A stretch of 64,000 nt of DNA from a virus (lineage: Duplodnaviria; Caudoviricetes). Below the pieces are notes generated by a model. It was given only the letters and a program-made list of their open reading frames with translations, was not told the DNA's origin and ran no database searches. Made by a program: the position numbers and the translations under genes. This document shows, piece after piece, positions 40,000 through 49,187 of this stretch (positions within the stretch are counted from its first letter, which is position 1; the number at the start of each line of letters is the position of its first letter). Where the stretch lies: the IMG/VR virus record IMGVR_UViG_3300011989_000257, positions 224,001 to 288,000 of that record; one strand, 5' to 3'.

Positions 40000-41334
40000 T
40001 TAATCCTTTTTCCACCAGAAATCATCATCAAATTTACCTTGTACGTAATTTGTGAAATTACCATATTCATTTGAGATGTCCTTGTTCTCAGGAATTACTC
40101 CGAATGTATCATCAACGAGAATTTTACATGCTGGCTTACCTTTGGTAGCTGTCAACTCTATACCATTTTCATAGCTAGGCTTGTAGACGATGATTTTGAT
40201 ATCTTTAATCTCAACGGGAGTCTTATATTCACCATCAATCTGGAATTCCTTGGGTTCATACTCTGGTCCTTTGCCAGTATTAATCATTGGATATGTACCG
40301 TCAGCTTTAGCAGCTTCACCAAATACACCGTGAACCTCAACACCACCTACGGTCAACTTGTAAATACCACCGCAAGCAATAAGTTTCAGAGTGGTCTTGC
40401 CACCTTCTGCCTTAACGACATCGAATACAACATCATTGAAGTCGAAATCAGACTTTTCAGAAGCATTCAAGTCCTCAGCAATTACACGATAGAGTGGTTT
40501 CGTATCATTAGTGACTTTGAGAATCCAGTCCTCAGCATACTGTAAACGCTGATAACCAAGAATCTTATCTCCATTGTCATATTTTGCTCCGTAGAGAGAC
40601 AAACCTACATAACATCCAGTTCTAGCTACGCCATCCTCGAAGCAATCTCCAGGAACTTCGATGTCTGCCATCTTGAAATACCAATAATAGCCATCGCCAT
40701 TAGGTGCTTTATTGTCTTCACCCCAAGAAGAATGATAACCCCATTGTAATGCAGAACCATTTTGAACATATGCCACATCCCATGGTCCACCTGTTTTAGC
40801 ATTAAAGTCTAAAATGTGGTCAGTAGCATTTTGGTCTTGAATTGCACCTACATGCAATTTATCCATACCACCATTATCAGTGAATTCTTCATCATAGTAG
40901 TTTGAAGTTGCACCAGGATGGTTGGCCATGTAGTTTTGGTCATACTTGTGCCATATACCCTTTTTATTAGTTTGGTCGCCAGAAACAAACTGGACATAGA
41001 AATTGGTCCAATTTTTACCAACCTCACTCAAACCAGGATTCTCTTGGAACCATTTTGTAACATATTCAGCCTCTTTTGCTGTGATAGGAGCAGGGTTTCC
41101 TGTTTTAGGATAGCTCGTCATATCTGTCTTTATCACAGTACGTGTGTTTGCCTTCGTGCTACCAAAACCCCAATCAACGTCAGAACCAACAGGACCAAAA
41201 GCCTTAACGAATGCAGCATTGTAATCGTTTATAGCTTTAGTCTGAGGGTCTAGAGTGTAAACCTCAGAATCGTGGCTGCAAGATGCAAATGCGAAAATCG
41301 CAACCAAACTTAAAATAATCTTTTTCATTTTCAC
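40000..41334 (-). CDS. LruC-like lipoprotein
   Basis: FASC lipobox; RVIAEDL...DFDFNDVVFDV. Confidence 0.75.
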   Translation of the reverse strand: MKMKKIILSLVAIFAFASCSHDSEVYTLDPQTKAINDYNAAFVKAFGPVGSDVDWGFGSTKANTRTVIKTDMTSYPKTGNPAPITAKEAEYVTKWFQENPGLSEVGKNWTNFYVQFVSGDQTNKKGIWHKYDQNYMANHPGATSNYYDEEFTDNGGMDKLHVGAIQDQNATDHILDFNAKTGGPWDVAYVQNGSALQWGYHSSWGEDNKAPNGDGYYWYFKMADIEVPGDCFEDGVARTGCYVGLSLYGAKYDNGDKILGYQRLQYAEDWILKVTNDTKPLYRVIAEDLNASEKSDFDFNDVVFDVVKAEGGKTTLKLIACGGIYKLTVGGVEVHGVFGEAAKADGTYPMINTGKGPEYEPKEFQIDGEYKTPVEIKDIKIIVYKPSYENGIELTATKGKPACKILVDDTFGVIPENKDISNEYGNFTNYVQGKFDDDFWWKKD

Positions 41335-41335
41335 T

Positions 41336-41584
41336 TTACTTTTTTATTTTGTTATTCTCTTTAAATTTCTTAATCATCCTCCATGCAGAAACACCACAAT
41401 TTTTGTAGAACTCAATACTGCCTATTTTATCCATAACATAGTCAATTGCACAACTCATTATAAACAAAATCACAATACCAACAAGATACCAATACTGTGG
41501 GCATCCTTCTGCCCATGAAGCCCCAAATAAGGCTGCAAATATCATTGCAATTGGCAATAATAGTTTTGAAATAATTTTAAGCAT
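41336..41584 (-). CDS. Small membrane protein
   Basis: Two hydrophobic segments. Confidence 0.55.
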   Translation of the reverse strand: MLKIISKLLLPIAMIFAALFGASWAEGCPQYWYLVGIVILFIMSCAIDYVMDKIGSIEFYKNCGVSAWRMIKKFKENNKIKK

Positions 41585-41632
41585 ATAAATATTTTTTTAA
41601 TGGTAATAATATAACAGTTGACCTTTAAACAT

Positions 41633-41830
41633 TTAATCAAAAACTTCATTCTCTAACTTAGTACATAACTCGTTGATTTTGTCTTTTGCATTAAGAATGT
41701 TCTTTTTACTTGTAACACCGTTGTAATCAAGCATACAAGTACAATCTGATATTCTTCTTGCTTCTCTTGCCACTTGACTAATTTCTGTCAAAATAGCATG
41801 TATTTTAGTCTTTCTCATATTTTGGGTCAA
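41633..41830 (-). CDS. Hypothetical protein
   Basis: Short ORF. Confidence 0.5.
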   Translation of the reverse strand: MTQNMRKTKIHAILTEISQVAREARRISDCTCMLDYNGVTSKKNILNAKDKINELCTKLENEVFD

Positions 41831-42000
41831 TTTCTATGTTATCACCTTTTTAATATGTTGTCCTATCTAGAAATTCATCATCATCTTCGTCTTTCAATGG
41901 TATACCCATGTCAAAGATGCATCTTTGACGGAGATTCTTGCAATCACATCGATTGTAGAGTTGACAAGTTTCATTGCATATAATCATACCATTACCAATA

Positions 42001-42303
42001 TTAATCCAAAGCCTCGTTAATAGCATCTTTGTTGCCCTTCCTTAGCTTTTTTATTCTTATGTGGTCATCTGCATCTTCCCACTTAGAAGACCACCTTGTG
42101 GATGTTTTTTTGAGCATTTTAGCCTCATGGAAGTCATCAGTATCCAATTCTCTCCAATTGTTTGGGTGTCTTAACTTTCTTGGCGCATTTGGGTCAGATA
42201 CATACCAATGCATCCGTTCTTTTAGTTTTGCAACATACTTTGTGAATGTTTTCCACCTTCTATAAGCTTTACCTCTACTCATATAAAAATAAATATAAGT
42301 CAA
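42001..42303 (-). CDS. Basic hypothetical protein
   Basis: ORF in operon. Confidence 0.55.
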   Translation of the reverse strand: MTYIYFYMSRGKAYRRWKTFTKYVAKLKERMHWYVSDPNAPRKLRHPNNWRELDTDDFHEAKMLKKTSTRWSSKWEDADDHIRIKKLRKGNKDAINEALD

Positions 42304-42494
42304 TAACGAAATGTTACTTTATGTTCAGTGCCATCATCCAATTTAACTCCACCGTCATAAATTGGCATACCATTCATCACCCACTCATCAAAATTAAATG
42401 GTCTCCAATACTCTGCAAATACATCGCCATTACAGCGCATATGCCATAAGTATTCGTGATAATTTTCTTCTATTGTTCTTATAATATGTTTCAT
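42300..42494 (-). CDS. Hypothetical protein
   Basis: ORF directly after a tRNA. Confidence 0.55.
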   Translation of the reverse strand: MKHIIRTIEENYHEYLWHMRCNGDVFAEYWRPFNFDEWVMNGMPIYDGGVKLDDGTEHKVTFRY

Positions 42495-42499
42495 AATAG

Positions 42500-42571
42500 T
42501 AGTCCCACCCAGAATCGAACTGGGAACTAATCTTTAGGAGAGATTTGTTATATCCGTTTAACTATGAGACT
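42500..42571 (-). tRNA. tRNA-Arg(CCT)
   Basis: Cloverleaf; AATCT-CTCCTAA-AGATT; TTCGATT T loop. Confidence 0.9.
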
Positions 42572-42627
42572 AAGAAAAAAAGGTTTATCAACCATTCTCC
42601 AAATTGATAAACCTTTTTGTTTAGATT

Positions 42628-43155
42628 TTAGTGTCTACCAAGTCTGAAGCGGTGTCCACTGATAACAGCAGCGCCCTCGTTGATAACCCTTGTAGGTCTT
42701 GGAGCTGGTGCCTCTTCCTCGAATCTTGGTGGGTCTTGCCTTACAAAGCGACCATTTGCTGCACGAGCAACGTTGTTTGTAGGAGCTGCGACTCTACGAG
42801 CGACTGGAGCGCCATACTCGTTCTCACGAGGCATAACTGCACCATTCATCAGCTCTGTTACTACGCAAAGCAATACTGCTGAAGCCACTGGCAACTCAGG
42901 TACATCCTCAATCTTGTAAACCTCGTTAGTACCAAGGTCAAATGCAAGGATTGCATGATTGTGCTTTGAATCAGCCTTAATGACACGTGCGGTCTCGCCC
43001 AAACGGAACTGCTCAACATTAGGAACAGTTGCACACTCCACATGATTCTCAGAGAGATGGTAAATCACTAGATTGATGTTAGCTTTGCTAGAGCACTTGG
43101 CAAGAATCTCTGCCATAGGACTCTCTCTACGACTAAGTTTTCTGTAATTCCACAT
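42628..43155 (-). CDS. Hypothetical protein
   Basis: GC-richer codon usage than neighbours; RAANGRFV motif. Confidence 0.7.
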   Translation of the reverse strand: MWNYRKLSRRESPMAEILAKCSSKANINLVIYHLSENHVECATVPNVEQFRLGETARVIKADSKHNHAILAFDLGTNEVYKIEDVPELPVASAVLLCVVTELMNGAVMPRENEYGAPVARRVAAPTNNVARAANGRFVRQDPPRFEEEAPAPRPTRVINEGAAVISGHRFRLGRH

Positions 43156-43265
43156 AAGTCTCTTTTGTGTTTCTTTTTGTTAATACTAATTTTTTTTGAA
43201 ATAAAGGTGGGCATTCAAGGTTGAATACCCACCTCGTTTCACAAATCAAGAACTATTGCTAGTCC

Positions 43266-43613
43266 TTACTCAGCTGGTGCAAGTACAGCACCCTCATCAC
43301 CGAAGAACTCCTTGAGAGTTGCCTCAGCAATCTTCAGCTCGATGTTCAGCTCGTAAAGACGAGTCTTAGCATCCTGAAGGCTAGCTGCCCATGTGGTTGG
43401 ATTCCAACCCTTTACACCAGGACGGAGTGACTGAGTGGTGTCTGGAGCGAAGTCGGTGAGGTTCTGAATCTCAATCTCAACCTCAGCGATATCATTCTTC
43501 AACTTCTGAACGATAGTCTCCTGCGCAATCTTGGCCTGAGTGTTAATCTGTGAAGCACGTGCTACAAGAGCCTTAGAGTCATTCTGACTCATCATCTGTA
43601 AAAACTTTCCCAT
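43266..43613 (-). CDS. Coiled-coil protein
   Basis: Two nearby promoters (43694, 43801) and a terminator hairpin at 43204-43235. Confidence 0.75.
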   Translation of the reverse strand: MGKFLQMMSQNDSKALVARASQINTQAKIAQETIVQKLKNDIAEVEIEIQNLTDFAPDTTQSLRPGVKGWNPTTWAASLQDAKTRLYELNIELKIAEATLKEFFGDEGAVLAPAE

Positions 43614-43865
43614 TTTGTTTAAGTTTTAAAAGTTAATAATGTGAATTATAAAAAAAATGTTTATTTGTTTGTTTATTTTGTCTTGTTTGACAGTGCAAAG
43701 ATATGTCTTTTTTTTGTGATTTCCAAATTTTTTGAGAAGTTTTTTTGTTAAAATCTCTTAAGGAAATTATCTTTGTTTATCCTCATTGTCTCATTGACAG
43801 TGCAAAGATATATCTTTTTTTTGTAATTTCCAAATTTGAAATGTTAATAATGTGTTAAAATTTTG

Positions 43866-44474
43866 TTATTCCTTTAAAATCAACCAATTACGCTCGTAAT
43901 CAATACGGAAATTACCTAATTTACGTAAGACATTCATACCAAGTAATAATGGAGCATCTGTTTGAGGCATTACTATGCATTCAACATCATTGATTATCTC
44001 TCCACCTATGCTTACCTCATGGATTTTTGTAGTGTATGCTTGGATAGTATTTCCATCAGCGATTGTTACGTCTACTGTTCCTACTGTCGTATCTGATAAT
44101 AGATGCTGTTTTTTAAGGAACTCATATTCTATTATAGATATTGTAAGATTTGCAGCACCAGTGTCTAGTAACATTTCCATCGGTATTCCATTAAGTTTGA
44201 TACATGGTACAATGTAACAATTATCTTCATGCCTTAACTTAATGTATTTTTTAGGACTTTTTACTTGTGTCCATTGAATGCTGTCTTTCTTAGGTATGCT
44301 GTCCTTTTTCTGAACAACAGTTGTAACACTATCTTCTTTTATACCCAATGCCTTTGCCTCTAATGTGGTATATGCCCTTGGGAATAGACGAGAAAAACCG
44401 TATAAAAACCCCATTATAACGATGACAGCTAAAAAAAGTTTAACTAGACATCCAGATAAAGTTAATTTCTTCAT
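43866..44474 (-). CDS. Membrane-anchored retropepsin-like aspartic protease
   Basis: LLDTGA, IADG, LLGMNVL. Confidence 0.88.
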   Translation of the reverse strand: MKKLTLSGCLVKLFLAVIVIMGFLYGFSRLFPRAYTTLEAKALGIKEDSVTTVVQKKDSIPKKDSIQWTQVKSPKKYIKLRHEDNCYIVPCIKLNGIPMEMLLDTGAANLTISIIEYEFLKKQHLLSDTTVGTVDVTIADGNTIQAYTTKIHEVSIGGEIINDVECIVMPQTDAPLLLGMNVLRKLGNFRIDYERNWLILKE

Positions 44475-45442
44475 TTTTTTCCAAACATGTTAAAAGCATC
44501 GTTTGCCATTTGACTTACTAAATCTATCTGTGCTGAAGCCAATTCGCTTCGATACCCTCTTCTAGATTTTCTTCCTCTTTTTGCTTTATGAGCCTTTACA
44601 ATCTTCGCTGCTTCAGAAGCAGAAACCTTTTTTAGTTGCTCATCTTCAGTAGAGAAACCAATGTGTGTGAATCCCAAGAAACTACCACTCTTCTCAATCT
44701 TGCAGAGGTAAACATGGTTAGCACCATATTTGAACTCACCAGTACGTACCTTAATCTGCTTGATGTATCTCACTGAAGGGTCTTTGATACTCATACCAAC
44801 TGCGAACATTGCATCAAAGAAGTTTGTTAGTTTCTTACTACCACTAAGACTATTCTGTGTTAGCGGAGAACCCAAATTTCTCTTTGGTGTATGAGAAAGA
44901 ACCAAAATACTAGCACCATATTTCTTTTTAATGGTACAAAGTTTTTGCATGAGTTTACCAGCTGTAGTGGCGGTATCTTTCATATTAACCAACCAACTGA
45001 GGTTATCAACAATCAGAATCTTCGAATTGTATTTCTTGATATTGGCTTCAATAGCGTCCATGATGATGTCATCAAAGCTAGCTTTTGTAGTCTCACAATA
45101 CTCTTTTACCTTATCAGCATTAAGTTCCACTCGAATGAATTTATCGTTGAACTTAAAAGTGCTTTTGTTCTTCTCATCGGTGTAACGAAGCTCAAACTGC
45201 TTCTTGCTCAACTCGAAGTCATAATATAAGATGTATTCATCCTTTGGTAGTTTTTCAGCAATGGCATTACTAATCTGTACGGCAAGAATACTCTTACCGA
45301 CATTGGCATCTGCAAACAAGCAGCACACTTCATTCTCAAACCAAAATTCCTTGTAAAGTTTTTTTGGATTCTTCTGCTCTTTTGCAGCCTCAATTGTCTC
45401 ATTGGCTGTCATTGCGCTAAAGATGTCTGTTAATTCTGCCAT
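44471..45442 (-). CDS. AAA_25/RepA-like P-loop ATPase
   Basis: ADANVGKS Walker A, LIVDNL Walker B, HTPK, SGSK. Confidence 0.85.
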   Translation of the reverse strand: MAELTDIFSAMTANETIEAAKEQKNPKKLYKEFWFENEVCCLFADANVGKSILAVQISNAIAEKLPKDEYILYYDFELSKKQFELRYTDEKNKSTFKFNDKFIRVELNADKVKEYCETTKASFDDIIMDAIEANIKKYNSKILIVDNLSWLVNMKDTATTAGKLMQKLCTIKKKYGASILVLSHTPKRNLGSPLTQNSLSGSKKLTNFFDAMFAVGMSIKDPSVRYIKQIKVRTGEFKYGANHVYLCKIEKSGSFLGFTHIGFSTEDEQLKKVSASEAAKIVKAHKAKRGRKSRRGYRSELASAQIDLVSQMANDAFNMFGKK

Positions 45443-45464
45443 TAATAATTTAATAATTGATTAG

Positions 45465-45537
45465 AGTGTGGTAGAGGAATCGAACCTCTCTTTCCAGCGT
45501 CACGCTATTGTTGTCCTAACCGATAGACGAACCGCAC
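45465..45537 (-). ncRNA. tRNA-like RNA with aberrant anticodon arm
   Basis: Acceptor, D and T arms present; anticodon arm non-canonical. Confidence 0.6.
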
Positions 45538-45544
45538 ATATTTG

Positions 45545-45622
45545 AATCTCCTAGAGGAATCGAACCTCTCTTCCCACGTGAGTTACTAGCCCTAGGTGTC
45601 CTAACCGATAGACGAAGGAGAT
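45545..45622 (-). ncRNA. tRNA-like RNA with aberrant anticodon arm
   Basis: D and T arms identical to the 45465 copy; extended irregular anticodon arm. Confidence 0.6.
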
Positions 45623-45628
45623 ATAAAA

Positions 45629-45926
45629 TGGGGAAATGATTTTGCTAGCGTTGCTCACTTCCCCTTCAAGGCAACAGCTGTACTCAGCCAACGAGACGGT
45701 TTAATTAACCCCACAGAGTCGAATTCCGACAACCCACTCAGTTGTTTAAGTCAACCATTCTCTAGGTTTGACACGTCCACCTACGTGTTAAAAAGGAAAA
45801 CCTAGAATCCTTGTATTATCAATGCCTAATCTTAACGCAATCGTGTAAATCCCATTCCACCAATTTCAGTGGACTCTCCCTTACTAATCATTCCAAGGCT
45901 GTACAAAAGCTCTTTTATTTCCTCAG
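45629..45926 (-). ncRNA. Unassigned structured RNA candidate (~300 nt)
   Basis: No good ORF, GC-richer, terminal pairing GAGGAAAT/ATTTCCCC and GTACAGCC/GGCTGAGTAC. Confidence 0.45.
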
Positions 45927-46031
45927 CTTTCTTGCCTTTAATTGTTCTTGTTTTGATTGGCTTCATATTATTTATGTTTTAATTTCGATGCAAAGATATG
46001 AAAAAAAAATCATATAGCCAAATTTTAGTGC

Positions 46032-46466
46032 TTAATTAATGTTAATGAGATAGTAATTATACTGTTTTTTACCCTTTCTAATAAGTTCTAATCCATCATA
46101 TCCACACACCAATATTTCTCCTTTGTTTCTGTTTCTAAGTCTCACGACAAAATACTGTGACGGAAACTTTAAAATTCTATCAATAGTAATTCCTTCAGTA
46201 ATTCTTTTAAACACCCCAATATCTATTATTTTCCATTGCAAATCTTTGAATATAGTATTGCAAATCGTATAATCAGTTTTCATCACATACTTATCGCAAC
46301 AAAATGGAACATTTTTTGACGGAAGTACTGTTCTTTTGAATACCCCTAATTGGTCAGCAGCCCTACTCCCATAATTAGTGACCACAACAATATCGCCAAT
46401 TGAATAAGGGACATTTAACTTCATCGGCATTTCCGCATCATCTTCAGGATTAATAATAATTCTCAT
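46032..46466 (-). CDS. Hypothetical protein, paralog family C
   Basis: YSIGDIVVV...QWKIIDIG...RNR. Confidence 0.65.
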   Translation of the reverse strand: MRIIINPEDDAEMPMKLNVPYSIGDIVVVTNYGSRAADQLGVFKRTVLPSKNVPFCCDKYVMKTDYTICNTIFKDLQWKIIDIGVFKRITEGITIDRILKFPSQYFVVRLRNRNKGEILVCGYDGLELIRKGKKQYNYYLININ

Positions 46467-46468
46467 AG

Positions 46469-46867
46469 TTAATAATTTTGCATGCTTGGTATAACACCTC
46501 TCACTCCCCCTCTAGGATTTTCACAATCTCCATCATAACGAGGAATAATGTGAATATGACAATGCATAACGGTTTGTCCAGCAGCCTCACCACAATTAAC
46601 TCCAATATTATACCCATTTGGCTTGTATTTGCTATCTAATATTGTTTTCACAACACCAATTGTCACTCCAAGAGATTCAAGCTCATAATAGTTTAAATTA
46701 AAATATGTTTTACAATGCCTCTTTGGAATTAATAATGTGTGGCCTTCAGAAACTGGATATTTATCCAAAATTGCAATCCAAGTAGAATCTTGATAAATTA
46801 TTCTTTCTTTTTCAATATTACTGTCAATGTCACAAAATATACAATTATCCATTACGCTTAAATTCAA
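46469..46867 (-). CDS. HIT family hydrolase
   Basis: CIFC, YPVSEGHTLLIPKRH, GEAAGQTVMHCHIHIIPR. Confidence 0.92.
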   Translation of the reverse strand: MNLSVMDNCIFCDIDSNIEKERIIYQDSTWIAILDKYPVSEGHTLLIPKRHCKTYFNLNYYELESLGVTIGVVKTILDSKYKPNGYNIGVNCGEAAGQTVMHCHIHIIPRYDGDCENPRGGVRGVIPSMQNY

Positions 46868-47303
46868 TGTTATAACGTTTTTTTGGCTCTATCAACCCAA
46901 AACTCTCTTGTACTTTCAATATCTTTTTGTTAATCTCTTTCTTCCTATCAATTAATTTTGAAATACAACGTTGATATGCATCTTCCTTAGTTGTGTAAAT
47001 ATCATAGGCTTTGTAACTACTATTGTCATACATATTTAAACAAAATGAATTATGTTTGTGCTGGGTTTCTAACCAATAACTTTTTTCTTCATCCCATCCC
47101 CATACTCTGTTTTTTCCGTTTTTATCAAAAAGCTTTAACTGAATACAACGTTTACCTCGTAGAGGTGTGTAATACCTACTTGATACCTTAACGTTATCAA
47201 TAACTTCCACCATATACATTTTGCATGTACTTCCGTTAACAAAATACAATGGATGCTTGTTTCCATCCATTAAATCAGCAAAAGTAATTTTATTTTCTTC
47301 CAT
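46845..47303 (-). CDS. Hypothetical protein
   Basis: First gene after the promoter at ~47324. Confidence 0.65.
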   Translation of the reverse strand: MEENKITFADLMDGNKHPLYFVNGSTCKMYMVEVIDNVKVSSRYYTPLRGKRCIQLKLFDKNGKNRVWGWDEEKSYWLETQHKHNSFCLNMYDNSSYKAYDIYTTKEDAYQRCISKLIDRKKEINKKILKVQESFGLIEPKKRYNIEFKRNG

Positions 47304-47506
47304 TTCTATATCATTTTATTTTTTGCAAATATATAAAAAAAAACTGAGAAAGACAAATACCTTCCTCAATTTTAATCTTTTTTAACCATCAAAAGTTAGG
47401 ATAAGGGACTAACCCTCATACCGCATTGCTGCTTCATCTGCCATTTCTTAGGTGGCTTGCGCTGTCTCACCTATTTCAGTACCTCACTTGGGTACACCAG
47501 CCGTAG

Positions 47507-47597
47507 TGAGCATAGTGGGATTCGAACCCACGATAGACTCTCTCAAGTCTACGCTGGTTTTAGAGACCAGTGCCTTAAACCACTCAGCCATACGCCC
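47507..47597 (-). tRNA. Amber suppressor tRNA (CTA anticodon), long variable arm
   Basis: CTGGT-CTCTAAA-ACCAG anticodon arm; Ser/Leu-like class II body; A73. Confidence 0.88.
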
Positions 47598-47603
47598 ATA
47601 TTG

Positions 47604-47677
47604 TAGCAGAGATTGGACTCGAACCAATGACCTCCCCATTATGCATAGGGCAAGCTAGCCAACTGCTCCACTCTGCA
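47604..47677 (-). tRNA. tRNA-Met(CAT), initiator-like
   Basis: 1:72 mismatch, TGGAGCAGTTGG D arm; loop TGCATAA (unusual G33). Confidence 0.7.
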
Positions 47678-47876
47678 AAACTAAAACTAAACATGCTTAG
47701 GTCAAACCTCAATGATGACGAACTTCAAACAAACAACGGCCTATTCTTCGTTTGCTCTGTCACCATTAATTATTTGACAGTGCAAAGATACTAAAAAAAA
47801 ATGAAATAACCAAATTTTTTTCGTTAAAAAATAAAAAAAACGTCACAAGCAAAAGCCTATGACGTTTTTATGCTGT

Positions 47877-48176
47877 TTAATCTTCGGTAATAACCTTCAA
47901 CCTTTTGAATAGTTCTTCGTGTCCGAAAACTGCTAGAGCTGTTACTTTGAAATTGAGGTCAGGTTCTTTGAACTCTGTATACTCAACATCCAAGCTTTCT
48001 AGCCTCCTCCTCCACTTAGGTACATCAGCACTTAAGTAAATCAAATAATCATTTTGCCACTCTCTACTGTAAGGATGTTCTAGCATCCATTGCGCAACTG
48101 CATGACCACCTTGTACGCATCCGTACACTGGTTTGAGCGACTTGTCAATCAAAACGTATAACTTTCTCTTCTCCAT
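47877..48176 (-). CDS. Peptidyl-tRNA hydrolase, PTH2-like
   Basis: KLYVLIDKSL...VQGGHAV, F.EPDL...TALA. Confidence 0.75.
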   Translation of the reverse strand: MEKRKLYVLIDKSLKPVYGCVQGGHAVAQWMLEHPYSREWQNDYLIYLSADVPKWRRRLESLDVEYTEFKEPDLNFKVTALAVFGHEELFKRLKVITED

Positions 48177-48553
48177 TACTCTTCTGTTGGGTCTGCATAC
48201 TTGTTATACACCTTGATTACTGCGTTCTTGAATGCTGGGATAACATAACTCTCGGTCATGTCACCACCGCTTACACCCCAACGGCCACTGTGCAACATCT
48301 TGTAACAACGGTTTCTAACCTCATCCTCAAGATATGCATCACGGTCTGCACCCTCAATACGATGCTTAAAAATGTAGTAAGCTACATAGTCAGAATGGTC
48401 TTTGTCGCAATCTGCTTTAATGTATTCTTTAAACTTAAGATACTGTTCCTTCGTGGTTTCCTTATCTGTAAAATTTTTCTTTTCCATATTAATATATTCT
48501 TTAATTTGTTTGTTATTAACTAATGATTTTAACTTTTTCACTACTTTTCCCAT
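48176..48553 (-). CDS. Hypothetical protein (alternative start at 48487)
   Basis: Translationally coupled to the PTH2-like gene. Confidence 0.65.
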   Translation of the reverse strand: MGKVVKKLKSLVNNKQIKEYINMEKKNFTDKETTKEQYLKFKEYIKADCDKDHSDYVAYYIFKHRIEGADRDAYLEDEVRNRCYKMLHSGRWGVSGGDMTESYVIPAFKNAVIKVYNKYADPTEE

Positions 48554-48637
48554 CCAAATTAAAAATACATCAGGACCACGAATCAGTTTCAGCTACCAAA
48601 ATTGGTCACAAATCTACCAAAAACTAATTTTCTTCAT
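48554..48637 (-). promoter_or_regulatory. Putative leader ORF with two in-frame TAG codons and an IRGP motif
   Basis: ATG at 48637: MKKISFW*ICDQFW*LKLIRGPDVFLIW, in frame with the ORF starting at 48553. Confidence 0.6.
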
Positions 48638-48671
48638 AATTAATTAAACTTTAAAATTGTTATTAAAAAAC

Positions 48672-48729
48672 GGAAGCTTTTACATGGTTCAGAATTTGCA
48701 GTTCCAAAAAATACTTGCTGTTAGCTTCC
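48672..48729 (-). ncRNA. ACAGCAA-family RNA carrying a Cys(GCA) anticodon stem-loop
   Basis: GGAAGCT/AGCTTCC stem, ACAGCAA, TGGAA-CTGCAAA-TTCTG. Confidence 0.7.
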
Positions 48730-48781
48730 TTAAATGAAAATAATAGGCTTGTTCCCACTCCCTAAATTTTAATATCTAGTG

Positions 48782-48856
48782 TAGCGAGTGTGAGAGTTGC
48801 ACTCACGTAGAACGGCTTATGAGACCGTGCTGGGACTACCTCCAGTCTAACTCGCA
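48782..48856 (-). tRNA. tRNA-Met(CAT)
   Basis: ACGGT-CTCATAA-GCCGT; TGCAACT T loop. Confidence 0.75.
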
Positions 48857-49112
48857 ATGTTTAAAAACTTACGGATATACTTTATCAGGAATCTGGCTTT
48901 CTCTGCCGAAGACTTATTTTTACCTATCCACTCATAGGAACTTCACAGAGTGCTTCACACACCATTAGGTAGCATCGAATGAGATAGTATTCCATACGCT
49001 AGTGGAACTATATAGACATTGTTACATATCTCAATCTACATTCTTCTTAGTGTGTACCCTTGCGACAAATGTACCCACGCTAGTATATCTACGCCTCTAT
49101 CGTAAGTTTATG

Positions 49113-49187
49113 TGGACAAGATGGGACTCGAACCCACGACCCTCTGAATGCAAATCAGATGCTCTAGCCAAACTGAGCTACAAGCCC
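49113..49187 (-). tRNA. tRNA-Ala(TGC)
   Basis: Canonical cloverleaf, G3:U70. Confidence 0.9.

Noticed and set aside
45629-45926. RNase P RNA
   Set aside because: The GAGGAAAGTCC and CGGCTTA P4 signatures are absent
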